Source of the DNA: Patellaria atrata CBS 101060
Taxonomy: Eukaryota
DNA length: 64,000 bases
Reading direction: 5' to 3'
Assembly: GCA_010093705.1 (NCBI GenBank)
Contig: MU006091.1
Coordinates: forward strand, 992,001 to 1,056,000
A model generated the notes under the pieces. That model saw only the letters and a program-made list of their open reading frames with translations, was not told the origin of the DNA and searched no databases. Every line of letters starts with the position of its first letter. Position 1 is the first letter of the stretch. The translations under genes and the position numbers were made by a program. Below are positions 12,571 through 25,543 of the stretch, piece after piece.

Positions 12571-13418
12571 TCATCTAACCTCAGGGGCTGCAGCAGCAGC
12601 AAACTCCCGATTTATGTGCTCGGTATCAGTATCAATGTGCTCCTGTGCATTGTTCTGCTGGAACATCCGAAGCCACCAGTTAGGGGGATCTAATGGTCGT
12701 TGACCACCATGAAGAGGTGGATAAACATCGTCAAAAAAGTACCAGACTAGACTTATTAACTTTGAAAATATAGAAGAGGGCGCGTAGACTCACTATGTCC
12801 GACGACGACACCGCACATCTCATCCTTAGGTACGCTGCTATGTAACATCAATGAGAATAGCATGAGTACCCAAGGTAGAAACGGTGCTCTGAAAACAAGT
12901 AATCCCAAGAAACTCAGTCTGGTGTCGGGGTTCTTTCTGCTCCATATATAGACCAATGTGCTTGACAATGCCGACCCTAGGAACGCTATTTCAAATAATG
13001 GCGCAATGGCTAGAAGGAAAACGGATGCGTAGGCTAAGAGCCACGAAAAGTGTGCGGGGGATCTGCCGGAATTCTCTTCGAGAAGTCGTGAATACCGTTG
13101 GAGGAAGAAGACGTGGAACATAAGATCCAGGCTTAACGGTCCAAAGTAAAAGAATGAGCTGACTAGCCTCCAATACTATTGATTGAATTAGTAAATGAGC
13201 ACCTTGACTGCTTGGTTGTGACTTCATACCTGGCTCTTGTAGAATACGGAACGGTAACTGTAAAACAACTGAAACGGGGTAATGACATGACATTGGACAA
13301 GAACGCTTGTTATGACGGATATCGTAGTCCAGTATCGTGTGCAAACTGGCATCTCATAGAACCATTGTTCTAATGGGAATTGACCGCCCATACCGTCCCC
13401 GCCTCCCAGCATTGCCAT
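12571..13418 (-). CDS. DER1: Derlin (ERAD membrane protein, 3 exons)
   Basis: MPVCTRYW, YWRL, FFLQRYSRLLEE, YIWSRKNP, FRAPFLPWV, GH and YPPLHGG. Confidence 0.95.
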
Positions 13419-14031
13419 AGTTCAGCTCGGTTGGGAAAGTTGGAAGCTTTAAGCTAAAAGAGAATGTTTAGAGCAGAGGCAATTTGTAGGAGAAGAATGT
13501 GTTTGCCGTGACAGAATAAAGAGGGAGTGAAGAGAAAGTCAAAAGTATACGTTGCAGGCGTAAGGGAACAAAGACGGGAATCGATGACACAGTTCATAAA
13601 GGGACACTCTGGAACGTCACGGCTTTGCGGTGATTTGATGAAACAACGCTAAGATTAGATTAGATTAAACTGGATCTGTAATCTTATCTTACCGACACCA
13701 GCCACCCTTGCACCCTTACATTGGTCAAGCCTCTTCCATTCCAGTGCCCCTGGCAACCAGCAACCGAATCGGAGCCCAAACAACATAAACCATCTGCACC
13801 TTTTACCTGTAATAACGAATTGCGGTCCACGTTAATGCTCACTCCACTGGCTCAACTCACCTATTGACTGCATAGTTCCTACGCACAGTTTAATACGCTC
13901 CGAATCCCAATCGCTGTATTCTTTCCTGGCCCTTACCGACACTTGTTTACCGACGCTTTCCGTCCCATCCTTTTTGCGCACTCAGTGTTTCGAGTTTCTT
14001 TGCCGCCCACGAACGGTGAATTTTATTGAGA

Positions 14032-14670
14032 ATGCCGCCTAAGGCGGCTAGAAGGTCGGTTGGAGGACGAAGCCCTGAGGTGGCTAGAAGGACAATGGGA
14101 GGACAAAGTCCAGGGACAGGAGGTTTTGCGCGAAGGGGTCGGCCATCCGCTGCAGTAAGAGCTGCACGAAGATCGAATATACAGCGTGAGTAACAGACAC
14201 ACACATCGTAGTGCACATACATCTAAGAGCTAGCATACTAACAAAAAGTCTCAACCCTAGCTGGAGACCCTGTACAACAACGTAAAAAACATCGTTACAA
14301 GCCTGGAACCCTTGCACTGAAAGAAATTCGCAAGTACCAAAGGAGTACAGATTTACTATTACTCAAACTTCCTTTCTCACGGCTGGTGAGTCTACAATGC
14401 GCACAATGGTAATTGATGTACCGAAGGGAACGCTGGAAACTGATACGATGGCAGGTTCGCGAGATCGCAATGAGTATGACATTATCGGGCGATATGCTTC
14501 GTTGGCAAGCGAGCGCCATTCAGGCCTTACAGGAAGCCGCCGAAGCATTCTTAGTCCATCTATTCGAAGATACCAACTTATGCGCCATCCATGCGAAACG
14601 AGTTACAATCATGCAGAAGGACATCCAGCTTGCACGGAGAATTAGGGGCGCGTGGGGAGGACTCGGTTGA
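14032..14670 (+). CDS. CSE4: Centromeric histone H3 variant CENP-A (3 exons)
   Basis: Divergent N-tail, [77 protein letters not shown]. Confidence 0.96.
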
Positions 14671-14995
14671 TCGTTCGTTTTGCTTGTTCAAGACTGTGTG
14701 ATTTAGGGAGGCCATATTTCAAACACCTGTAGGATTAACGGGCAAGAAAGCTGGCGCATGGTTGTGATGGCGGTCTGCTACCGAAGTTTGGGTTTGGAAC
14801 AAGTATGACCACAGGTCTGTAGGGGCATTCGGTTCGGTCCAACAAAGGCGTTTTAACAATGGTATATTTGTCGATACTATCATTCTTATCAGTATCTGAC
14901 GAGAAACATTGTCTGAAAGGTTACTGGGTTGGTCTAGGATATGATAGCAGGTCATAAATTTATAATATCCAAAGCACCTGATGTAATGATATCGA

Positions 14996-16340
14996 TCACC
15001 AATCCGGAATCAGCTCGTTCATGGTGACGCTCTCTTCATTCAGTGCCAACCTTGCTCCTTCTCTTCCAGCAGCTGGTAATCTCTTTACACCCTTAATTTT
15101 CATATTCCCCGGAACAACTTTTGGATCAAGCAGACCAACTTGTACCAAAACACTTGCTTGGTCCCAATATACGTGTTCAGATTCTAATTTCCCTCCTTTG
15201 ACAGCTACTATGATAACCATTGCAATCTCCACATATTTACCTGTTGGTGGTATACCGGGAAGAATCCAGTCTATTTGGACGTCATGCTTGAACGTCACAT
15301 ATAATTCGTCGACAATACGATCAACACCGATTGTTCGAGAAAGAAGACGGGTTGTTAGAGAAGGTGGAGGGGGAAGGAAGAAGTTCGTATAAAAGTCTTC
15401 AAGGTCTTCGCGTCCTACGCCTCCAGTTAAAGTGGGTATATGGCTTACGTGCGGAATGGATGTCATAGTCGAAAGAATCTTCGAAGGATCACGAGCACGA
15501 TATTTTTCTGTGAAAACAAAGTAAGTACGGTTTCTACAAGGTAAGATAGTGGAGGACCAGACGCAAACGGTATACATACTCTCAATATTATCCTCTAGTA
15601 TCGGTTCCAGCTCCACTTCACTCTTAAAACCCTTTCTCACAGCCGTTAAGCTTCTCGTAAAAGCAACTCTAGCAGCTACCTTATTATATTCCTCTAAATC
15701 GTGCTCAGCAAAGCCTGGATCAACATTGTCGTACACATAGCTGGGGTAGTCCGTTACGCCGGTTCCCCCGATTCCTTTACCAGGTGTAATACGCTTACGC
15801 ACTGTTTTCCGTTTTCCTTGAATTCCAAGGATTTCCGGATTTCTGCATACACCAATCTCTCCTTGCCCGTCTGCGAGATGAACACAAACTTGGAGAGAGG
15901 GAGTGAACCTAGTCTTAGGGTCTGGAATCGCAGTCGGATAGTACGCGACAAGCGCGACGAGTTTCGGGAAAGGTTTTATGTGTGACTCGAGACACACTGC
16001 AGCAGCATCTCCAAAAGCTACAAGGCGGAGTTAGTCTCCGTCTTTAATCTCATCTTCGTTCTTGAGAGCAAGCCAGGAACGGGACACAGAATGAATCTAC
16101 TTTACCTACGATAGCGTACATCTCCCCCAGTTTCCTTGAGTCGGTAAGACTGTGCATCCTATCTCTATACGGTTTCCCACCTCCGTTCATAGGGATATAC
16201 TCTACGTCAAAACCTTCTGCTCGCCATTCTCTCAATGTCTCTTCGTCAAACTCGTCATCTTCAGCTGTGATATATATCTTGGGCGGTCCTTTATTGAAGC
16301 TTAGAAAATTACTCCCTTCAGAGAAGACTTGTTTTGCCAT
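14996..16340 (-). CDS. Dienelactone-hydrolase-like N-domain fused to SnoaL/NTF2-like C-domain (fungal carboxymethylenebutenolidase-like)
   Basis: YAIVAFGDAA, LVAYYP, GFAEHDLEEY, PTLTGGVG, SRTIGVDRIVDE and EHVYWDQASVLVQVGLLDP. Two introns. Confidence 0.85.
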
Positions 16341-16762
16341 TTCTACCCATCAATTGACCCTAATCGTACAATATGAGGTTGAGTAAGGAGAAGTTGGGAG
16401 AGCTGCCGGCTTCTGATGTCCCCAGTTAGAGCCACACGAGTCATGGAGCTCCCTAGCGACGTCATTGCTGAACCGCGGTTGAATCGGAACAGCAACGACA
16501 CCTACCCCTTGCACGTGGAAGCTACCCTCCTCTGCAATATTCGGAGCTGCAATACCTTATAGAAAACCATCCATCGCGTCCACAATTGTGTCTCCCTAAG
16601 GGAACTATACTGTGGATAACCAACAACCCACCACCTGAGGAACTGAAAATACATTACCATCACGTGAGACGGTGAGAGCAGCCACCAAGGGCACTTTTCG
16701 CCCCTTTCTCCGCATCTTACACGACCATTCCGTCACGAAACCAGGAGACAATCGAGAGAAAG

Positions 16763-17773
16763 ATGGCAAAAGCGACGTTGAGACCAAAACTGGCCGCCAT
16801 GCCAGCTAGCTACGATCCCTCCGACCTCTCACTCCTCACACGGCGCGGCGACGAATTGACTCACCCAGCAATCGACCCCCTATCTCTCTCTGAGCACTGT
16901 CCGCTCGATAATTCCCGTCTCGAGAAACTCCCATCGTACGACCGTCCCATTACGAGCACCTTCGGCACCCTGGAAGCGCTGCCTCTCGAATTGATCCACG
17001 GTATCCTCCTTCACCTTGACATTGCCTCCCTCACCACCCTTCGTCGCGTCTCTCGCCATGTCCGCGAGCTCATCGATCAACTACCGCCCTACAGGCGAAT
17101 TTACGCACAGGCGCCGCAGGTCTTGCGAGCCTGCCTTTCCACTGGAATTTCACCGTGGACAATCCTGGGGGACCTATACGCTACACTCACGAGCTCAAAA
17201 TGCGGAACTTGCGACCAGTTCGGTCCCTACCTGCACCTTCTTACGACCACTCGCGCATGCCACGATTGCGTGAGCGGACGCCCAGAATTCCTCCCGTGGA
17301 GCTCCGTCATCGTGAAAGTAGCGCTCGGGATCGAGGCCTCTACCGTTGCGAGTCTGCCCACTATCACAAGCATACCCGGGTGCTATTCCGAAAGCTACGA
17401 GCCCGTGCAGCGGGAATCGTTCGTTTCTCTAGCAGCAGCAGTAGTTAATGATGACAAGATGGTTGCCGCGCTTCCGGATTTGAATAGTAGGATCACGGCC
17501 TCGCTGGATAAGAAACATGCGAATCCGCTGCGCTTCATTGGCGTGCTCCAGGTGCCGTGGTTCGATGTTGCGAACGGGACCGCGGAGTGGGGGATTCTGT
17601 GCAACGGGTGCGAGTGCTCGGGGACCTTTCATATAGAGAAGCAAGAGAGACAGATTGCGGTGTGGACGCTGTATACGAAGGCGGGGTTTGCGGAGCACTT
17701 CAAGAAGTGTAGGAGGGCGCAGTTGATGAGTAGATATCGCACGGATTTTGGGAATATGTTGGTTGTTCCCTGA
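16763..17773 (+). CDS. Fungal F-box domain protein with CxxC motifs, intronless
   Basis: LEALPLELIHGILLHLDIASLTTLRRVSR F-box, then CGTC..FG.YL..CHDC and WG..CNGC..H..KC. Confidence 0.85.
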   Translation: MAKATLRPKLAAMPASYDPSDLSLLTRRGDELTHPAIDPLSLSEHCPLDNSRLEKLPSYDRPITSTFGTLEALPLELIHGILLHLDIASLTTLRRVSRHVRELIDQLPPYRRIYAQAPQVLRACLSTGISPWTILGDLYATLTSSKCGTCDQFGPYLHLLTTTRACHDCVSGRPEFLPWSSVIVKVALGIEASTVASLPTITSIPGCYSESYEPVQRESFVSLAAAVVNDDKMVAALPDLNSRITASLDKKHANPLRFIGVLQVPWFDVANGTAEWGILCNGCECSGTFHIEKQERQIAVWTLYTKAGFAEHFKKCRRAQLMSRYRTDFGNMLVVP

Positions 17774-18166
17774 GCTCTTGACTAGCACTGGGCGGATCGA
17801 ATGCGTGGGTCAAATGTACATGTACATGTAGGATAAGGGTTTAGCGGGCGTTTAATCAATGTTTCGGCTCTATCTCATCAATTTCCCCCGAGGAATAGGA
17901 AAAAGGATATCACAAGGTCGTAACTCAAACATGGCCAAACCAGATCCCACGGAAAAGAGAAGCGTCCTCGCAAATCTAGCGAAGCGAATCTGAAACCACC
18001 TTTAAACCCCAGCGCTATGAACCGAAAGTGTCGAGATGCAGACTACCTTCCCATGCAAGTAGAACGCCAGGGACCCCGATAATACTACAACGCTATGTTA
18101 CTGGACTATGCCTTTCAATCCCCTTAACGCCAAATGTTCCCCTTTCTTTGAAGCGTACGTAAACGC

Positions 18167-20238
18167 TCAGTATCCATTTCCACCGTATGAGAGAGTCCGA
18201 GGATAGCCGTTTGAAGGGCCTGAAGGAGGCCGATGTGGCAATGAAGCCGATGCAGGTTCTGTTCTCTGTACGGAAGAGGGTACCAATCTAAATGGCGTTA
18301 CTCCGCTTTGCGTTGATCTATCATTAATAGGGTTAACTGAGGGTCTATAACCATTTGTGAAGTTGGGAACGCCATTAGATGTATTACCATACGCCGGTCT
18401 CTTAGCCGGTGGGTTGTCGTCTTCATCACTGAAAGTTAAGTCAATGACTTCAGATTTTCGTTTCGTCCCGCCACTTCTCTGCTGTGCAGTAGAAACAGAG
18501 CCGGATATAGACGCTTCACGCGATGATTGAGGTGGTGTTCGTGCCACATTGAACTGAGCAGATATCGCTTCTTGCTTCAAGTTCATCACCCGTTCGGCAG
18601 GAACTTCCACCAAATCGTCACTATCATAATCGTCGTCCTCTTCATCATAACCTCTCGAATGGCCGCCTCCAGGTCTGGAGTTATCGGCACCAGATACATG
18701 TGACCATTTACCGTCAGGTTCAATGGTTACCTGATCTACTGACTTAGGAGTCATTTGGAGAATCTCTTGAACGTACCTAAGGGTCATTAGTGTCTGAACA
18801 CATCTCAAAGGGAATAGTGACTCACTGGTCTACGTGCAAGCTGGCGAAAGAGACTGTCTTGTTACAGACGGGACATGCCCACGTAGGTGCTTGTTCCTGA
18901 AGTTGAAGAAACGAAGAGACATCAAAACACTGGTTATGTGTGCAGACTGCGGCTCTGCAAGGAAGGTCGATACGTAACGTCGAGATAGGATCTTTTAGTG
19001 ACATAACAGTGGATGTAGTAACTATATCTGGGTCGTTCGCTTTACTATGCACTGGTTTTATTGTTAGAATCTCAAGCTTGAAGGTGATTAATCTAAAGGG
19101 TGACTCACTCTCTGCAAGGACTCGCTGTTTTGAGATTATGGCGCCTCGTTGGATCTTTTGCGTTAGCTCCTCAACAGAGAATTTCCGAACAAGATTGATA
19201 AGAATATGAAACGGCTATCACTAGTCAGCATTTTATCGAGAGGACTAAAAAGTGGTTTGACTACCTTCTGTGTTAATGCATAGGTGACGATGATTTCATT
19301 CTTGTAATTTGCGACTTTACGCGTCATATCTGTTATGTCCGCAGGCCTAGTTGTCCCAGGTTTGTTTTTGAGTCCTTTGAAGTTAGAGCGTACCTCGTCT
19401 CCATTCAGCTTGAATTCAAATTGTTGCGGAAACGTGATATCTGTCTTTGGAGCGTAGTGAGCCATGCCAGACTCGGCCGCGCAAAATGCCATGATCTTAT
19501 ACTTGTTATCGCGTCTAAGCATATCGATATGCTCACTTGTGAGTGAGAGAACGCCCTTGACAGTTGACCGATGCGACGGCACCGCTACTTGAAAAGTTAA
19601 TGTGATTTCTAACAGATGAAATCCGTTGACTTACTAGGCAGCTCTATCGTATTTGTGAGCTGTTCTATAATCTCGTAAAACGGGCTATCTTTGAACTGAA
19701 ATCGTGCTGGGAAATGACTTAGCATAGATAGCGACGAGTTAATGCGATCATAATTGATCTTACAGCGATACATTGGAGTTCGAGCTACTGTCGCACCCGA
19801 CGGAGGTTGATGTTGATATCCATTTATTGCTGTTTGATTATTTTGGTGGTTGGAGTTGGTTGATGAGGTGCTGTAGCCTGCCGGATTTGGGAAGTTTATA
19901 ACAGTGGGAGGAGGAGAAGAGCCGTGATTTTCGATCCTGTATCGTATCCTATTAAGTCTGGCCGCGTCACCTGACTGCACACATTCTTGTAATACTGAAA
20001 ATAAGACAAAAGGATCAGTGACGGTACTGGGAGAGAGCAGCTCAGAGGCAGAGGCAACATGCAATGACCTCCATAATGACCTACAGTTTGTGATACGCTG
20101 TTGTAGAGCTGCCTTGACACCAGACACCTGCAATCTCTCGCCCCTACATATCTCTTTCAGGTCATGGTTGATCAATAGCTTAATCTGCCCATCTAATGAC
20201 CGCGCTTGCGCCTGAAGTGAACCGGCCGAAGACGACAT
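18167..20238 (-). CDS. SIZ1: SIZ/PIAS-type E3 SUMO ligase (SAP, PINIT, SP-RING/MIZ)
   Basis: SAP-like LKEICRGERLQVSGVKAALQQRI, FKDSPFY, GLKNKPGTTRPADIT, SLKDPISTLRIDLPCRAAVCTHNQCFD..WACPVC and SIM EVIDLT. Confidence 0.93.
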
Positions 20239-20796
20239 TGCTGTAAAAGATTCCAAACGAAGGCTGACGGATCCTAGTCGCAAACGAGGACCTTCAGTAC
20301 TGGGTGGATTGGGGAGTGGTTCCGATTCGAAATTAGAGACATGGAAGGCGGGGAAAGTTTCTAGAGGGCCAGCCGCTTCGAGAGAAGGGAGAGCGAAGGA
20401 AGTTGGGAAGAGGAGGAAGAAGATACGAATGCAGTGACCTGTTCTGGTGTCTTTGGTACCTTTACGTAGTGGAGTAAAGTGAATTTTTCTGCTTCAAAGG
20501 CCACGTGAGCCCCCAGGCTTGCATTTCTTTTATCTTTCGTCTCCAGTCAGCAGGTCTACGGAGGCAGATCACACATGAATGTTTGTACAGGAAGTTGGAT
20601 CAAAGAGACTGGCCCGAAGACAGTGTAAGCAGTTCTTTACTGTAGGTGCCGTGATATTGAGGATCTATCTGCATGCCAAGCACGGCCTTTAACTTTCCAT
20701 CTGCTGCATGAAACCGCCGCACCAAAAATTCCGATCTGGAAACTTTCTATTCTGTACCGCACCCGTATACTGTAATTCAACAGCTCGCACATACCA

Positions 20797-21338
20797 ATGG
20801 CAAAGAGCTTAAGAGCAAGTGTCAAGAAGGCTAATCGCTCCAAACTGCGCACCCGAGTCTTCAATCCTACCATCGATGCTCGAACAGAACGCCTCTCTGC
20901 AAAACTGGTCGAGCTTGCATCTCAACCAAAAGCACCTAGAGCGGAGATGGAAGTTGACGAAGGTACAGCTTACAGTCCTACTCACATAGACAACCCTCTG
21001 ACCCTTTCTCAGAGCCCTCAAAGTCTGGAGCAGATAAGCACAAGGCGCAAGAGAGCGGGTCAAATGACGGTATGTAGCGATAAGAATTTGGACTGTTGTC
21101 ACCTTTAATACTACCAATCCCACTACGTCTCATCAACTCACATATATTCCATATAGACATGATGCTAGATGATATCGTCAATGTTGTTCCGGCAGGTACA
21201 ATATCACAATCCATAAGCGAACAGAAGAAAAGTCGTGTTCAGAAACAGAAACGGCGCCATAAACCAGGTTCTAAAAAGATCGTCTTCAAGCAACACCCCA
21301 TGAAGGCTAAATTGAAAGCAAAGGCCGGCAAGAGGTGA
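20797..21338 (+). CDS. DUF2423/UPF0642 (YBL028C-like) basic nucleolar ribosome-biogenesis protein (3 exons)
   Basis: MAKSLRASVKKANRSKLRTRVFNP..ARTERLSAKL and Lys-rich C-terminus with IVF motif. Confidence 0.85.
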
Positions 21339-22349
21339 TGATCTAGAGTCGATATGCGATACCCTTGATTCAGCGCGGCGTTCCGGGGAGCGTAGGAAAA
21401 ATTCATTCTTTGCAAAGAGCGTGCTTTCCTTGGGCTCGGTGTGATAGAATGAAAGCAACCATTTATTGATTGACCATACCCGAAGTAATAGTCGAATGAA
21501 GTTTATCTATCCCGCATTGTTCGGTCCCCCTCGTACCTTTACACACAAGTATCACACCTGTGAGGACTGGATACTACTCTGAATGTAGTTTCCTGTTATT
21601 GGACAACATTCTTTTGAGGATCCGCCATCTGGATTAAATCCGCTCCGTTTTACGGAAGCGTAGACTGCAACGTTTGCGCACAGAGACACTGAATTCCAGA
21701 TTCCACTTGTGGAGATTTGCGACAGCAGTTCGTCAAGTCTCCCACCTTGAGGCGATAGTTGTTCCAGGCTACCTCCAAGATTTTGAAGAGCACGACCTGC
21801 TAAAAAGGATAACACTACAATACGATAAGTCTCTAAGCATCCGAAGTGCATATTATCGGCACTGAGTTAGACTACTCTACCGCGAAACTCAATCTTTATA
21901 CCACGCGATATCTTCCTCTCTATATGCCCTATTTGTATAGCGCAGATATTGTCCTTTAAAGACCTCCCTATGTGCATGAGATAGGTTCACTCAGGTAGTT
22001 CAAGGATCAGTATGTAAGAGAGTTTATTTCGACCGCAAGGAAAGTCGTTCGAATGATCGAAATGTGTACGAAACATCCGCCCCTTCTGGCCCCAGGCTGC
22101 TTGCGACGATGTCTTTTGTTAGTATACCATCCGATAGAGCTCTTGGAACTCGTCATTGGCTATTACTGTATATTACCCTAGACTTCATAACAATGACGTT
22201 GATATCCCACCAAAATAAACAGCGGTAGTTTTCCGGCACAATACCTTAACCTTACCCAAGGTCTTCCATTCTGTTTATCATGATCACCCCAAATTCAACC
22301 TTTCTTACCAAAACATTTCTGAATCTCGAATTTCTCATCCTTATGCACC

Positions 22350-23594
22350 ATGACACTTAAGTACGCCTACACAACTCTCCTAACCCGCTCCTCCTATCTT
22401 GCCGGCGTCATCATCCTCGCCCACACCCTCCACAAACAATCAACCTACCCCCTCTATGTGCTCTACACCTCCACCCTCGACGCCTCCTCCGTCCGTGCCC
22501 TCGAACTCGAATCTAACAAGACAAAGCTCATACCCCTCCTCACCTTACCCCTACTGCCGAACTCCTCTCAACCAATCTCACTCATCGCAGAACGCTTCGC
22601 CGACACCTGGACTAAACTCCGCGTCTTCGAAGCCCTCGCCGACAAAGGACTGGGCAAAGTATGCTACCTAGACGCCGACATGCTGATCACAGGGCCCATC
22701 GACGACGTCTTCGCCGCCGCTGACCTACCAGACGAGAACTGGATCGCGGCCAACCACGTCTGCTGTTGCAACCTCGATGCCGACGAATGGGCCGACGCGG
22801 ACTGGACGCCCGAAAACTGCCCATATACCCCTCTCTCGCACCCTGCCGCTCTCACCACCGCAACACCGGTGACAGAGGAGGCGAGAGAGACATATCACCT
22901 CCTCAACGGAGGCCAATTCGTCTTCCAACCCTCTCCGCTCCTCTGGACCCGCATCCTCGACTCCTTCAACACTTCTGTCAATCTAGCTGCTTATAAGTTC
23001 CCTGATCAGGACTTCCTCGCTGCGTTCTTCCGCAATCGCTTCTTGCCCCTCCCGTGGCGCTTCAACGCGCTCAAGACGATGCGCTACTGGCACCCTAACA
23101 TCTGGCGCGACGAGTGTGTCGTGTGCGTGCATTATATCGTGGATAAGCCGTGGGCTGCGAGGGTGGCGAGTGATGGGAGGGCAGGGTATGTCGGAAAGGA
23201 CGGGGAGACGCATAAGTGGTGGTGGGAGGCGTTTGGGGCGTGGAAACAGGAGAGGGAGGGCCAGAAGGTGAGGGATTTGGTGACAGAGGTGGTTGCCGGG
23301 GAGGATGGAGAGGAGAGGGAGGCGTTGAGGGCGGTTGGGTCTAAGGTCCAGGCGTTTGCGGTGAATAAGGTGGGAGATGCTGCTCAACAACCCGATGACG
23401 GGAAGTCGGAAGATGCTAAAATAGAGCTTGAGGATACCCAAGCCTACCACCTGGAAGGAGGGATTGCTGACGGTGGACCGAGACCAGTGATTCGAAAACT
23501 GGGTGGAACTGGCCATGGTCCAGTCGTCCATCCCAATCGCGTCCACCGCGGTGGATTGATTAATCCACAGGGACGCAGTTGGATGGAACCGTAG
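22350..23594 (+). CDS. Glycosyltransferase family 8 (glycogenin/galactinol-synthase-like), intronless
   Basis: YLAGVIIL, RFADTWTKLRVF, YLDADML (DxD), HVCCCN, LNGG, FPDQDFL, FNALKT and HYIVDKPW. Confidence 0.93.
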   Translation: MTLKYAYTTLLTRSSYLAGVIILAHTLHKQSTYPLYVLYTSTLDASSVRALELESNKTKLIPLLTLPLLPNSSQPISLIAERFADTWTKLRVFEALADKGLGKVCYLDADMLITGPIDDVFAAADLPDENWIAANHVCCCNLDADEWADADWTPENCPYTPLSHPAALTTATPVTEEARETYHLLNGGQFVFQPSPLLWTRILDSFNTSVNLAAYKFPDQDFLAAFFRNRFLPLPWRFNALKTMRYWHPNIWRDECVVCVHYIVDKPWAARVASDGRAGYVGKDGETHKWWWEAFGAWKQEREGQKVRDLVTEVVAGEDGEEREALRAVGSKVQAFAVNKVGDAAQQPDDGKSEDAKIELEDTQAYHLEGGIADGGPRPVIRKLGGTGHGPVVHPNRVHRGGLINPQGRSWMEP

Positions 23595-24023
23595 CCAACT
23601 TTAGAAAACGACACTGTGATACTGTAGGTTCATAGGTTATGAAAGTCCGCTCGTGAATCATGTAATCATTGATATCATTATTTCATGTCTACGTCTATGA
23701 GCTTGTCGAAACTTGCTCTGAGCGCAGAATTAAACCGTCGAATGCAGAAATCAGGGGAGTAAAGTATGGTGGAAAATGCGACCATGATGCCATGAATTTG
23801 CCTGGAACGCCAACCAGTACTCCCTCCGTCCAAATAATTGTCGCTGGAAACCCCGTACAGAACTTTCATCGTTGAATCCCTTACCAACTTCTCCGCTTGG
23901 AGTATGTGGTAAGGGTATGTCCGTACAATCATGATTTTCTCATATCATCTCATCTCACCTTGCACTCCCAAACAGACGACCTCCCGCTCCATATTTTCCA
24001 TTCCCTCCCTAAAATTTTACATT

Positions 24024-25339
24024 TTACAATATCTGCCTCAGCTGATCCTTCTGCTGCTGCGTTAAACTATACGGGAACTTGATCTTCACATCCACAATGA
24101 AGTCGCCCCTCTCATTAGGCTTCTTGCTCTTTGGCATACCCAGTTCCGGAAAGCGTGATGTCCATGTGGGCTGAGTGGGTCCGGGATTTCTAAGGGCGAC
24201 CTGTTTCCCATCGATGGTCTGAACGGTGCGTGACCAGCCGGTAAGGGCCTCCTTGAGATCGATCTCAACTGTGTGTATGATATCGTCCCCGGACCGTTTG
24301 AATAGTGGATGCTCTTTCTGTAGAAATTAGTGTCAACTTTATGATTGAACTTGAGGTTGGGGAGAGGGTTAACGAACCTCCGATACGATGAAGTGAAGGT
24401 CCTGTGTGCCGCCTTCGACTTGATCTCCGACGTCGCTAAACTTAATTTTGCTGCCAGCTTTGAGACCTTTCTTTATGGGGACTTCGAGGATCCGGTCTTG
24501 TGTGCTTTGTTTCCCAGTTGCTTGGTCGTACGTCTTGCGCTTGATCTTCAGTTTCTTCGTCGTGCCATTGAATAACTCTTCCAATGTGACCGGTAACGGT
24601 TTTTCCACTACCGTAACCTCCGGTTCTCTCTGCCTCGGGCGACCTTCTCCAAACCTCCCCCCACCGGCCCTTCTTGACCCCATTGGACTACCACCGAACG
24701 CGGAGCCAAACCCCCCGAATCCTTCGTCATCACCCATACTGGCACCACCAAATCCACCATTTTTCATGAACTCGCTGAATATGCTATCCGCGTTACTGAA
24801 CTGAAACCCGCCGGCTCCACCTGGACCGGTCGAGAAGTGGAATGACCGAGTACCACCTCCACCGCCGCCCATATTACCAAACGGAAAGGCTCCTCCCTCG
24901 AAACCTGAAGGCATACCTCCTGGGCCGCCGGCGCCAGGTTCGGGAGGTGCTGGCCCGCCGCGGAGGAGAAACTCGAGGCCATAGTCGTCGTAAGTTTTAC
25001 GTTTTTCTGGGTCAGATAGGATTTCGTAGGCCTGGGAACATTCTGCGAGAGGATGATAAGGTTAGTTACAGTCCCAGACAAAGAAATGAGTTTCGGTATG
25101 AGGGGATATACCTTTAAATTTCTCTACGGCTTGAGGGTTGTCCTTGTTCTTATCCGGATGCCACTTGAGGGCGGCTTTCCGGTATGCCTTCTTTATCTCA
25201 TCATTCGTTGCATCGGATTTTATCCCTATGAGAAAGTAGTCAGATTCCTGTACTCTATGCGGCTGGCCGTGAGGCCTAATTCAAGGTGGGGAGCCCTAGA
25301 CCTACCCAATTGATCGTATAACTTCGTCTCTTTCACCAT
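24024..25339 (-). CDS. SIS1: Type II Hsp40/DnaJ co-chaperone (4 exons)
   Basis: [10 protein letters not shown]-domain with HPD (KWHPDKN), G/F-rich region, [21 protein letters not shown] and [13 protein letters not shown]. Confidence 0.95.
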
Positions 25340-25509
25340 GGTAAAAGTGTATTAATGGGAATGAGTGATGATTAATCAAAACTGAGCTTTAGAGTAGAGG
25401 AAGAAAATAAAGAAGTAGAAGTTGAGAATTGAGTGGTATTAGAGAGACAAGAGAGCTTTCGGTGATGGGTCATGTCCCGCTTCGGCTCTCGAGCAACTCA
25501 GCATCACCA

Positions 25510-25543
25510 TACGTCAGTGAAATAGAAGCTACTAGAACATTCC
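25510..25543. promoter_or_regulatory. Heat-shock element with adjacent CRE-like site upstream of SIS1
   Basis: aGAAg cTACt aGAAc aTTCc (25524-25543) is four alternating nGAAn units with one mismatch. TACGTCA at 25510-25516. About 185 bp upstream of the SIS1 ATG. Confidence 0.65.

Noticed and set aside
14032..20238. CENP-A, F-box and SIZ1 as a functional CENP-A turnover cluster
   Set aside because: These are housekeeping genes with no shared promoter and an unrelated gene between them; proximity is explained by ordinary synteny.
21553..21865. 63-aa ORF and upstream frame broken by TAA (possible gene relic)
   Set aside because: No ATG start, no recognisable domain and no clear splice signals.
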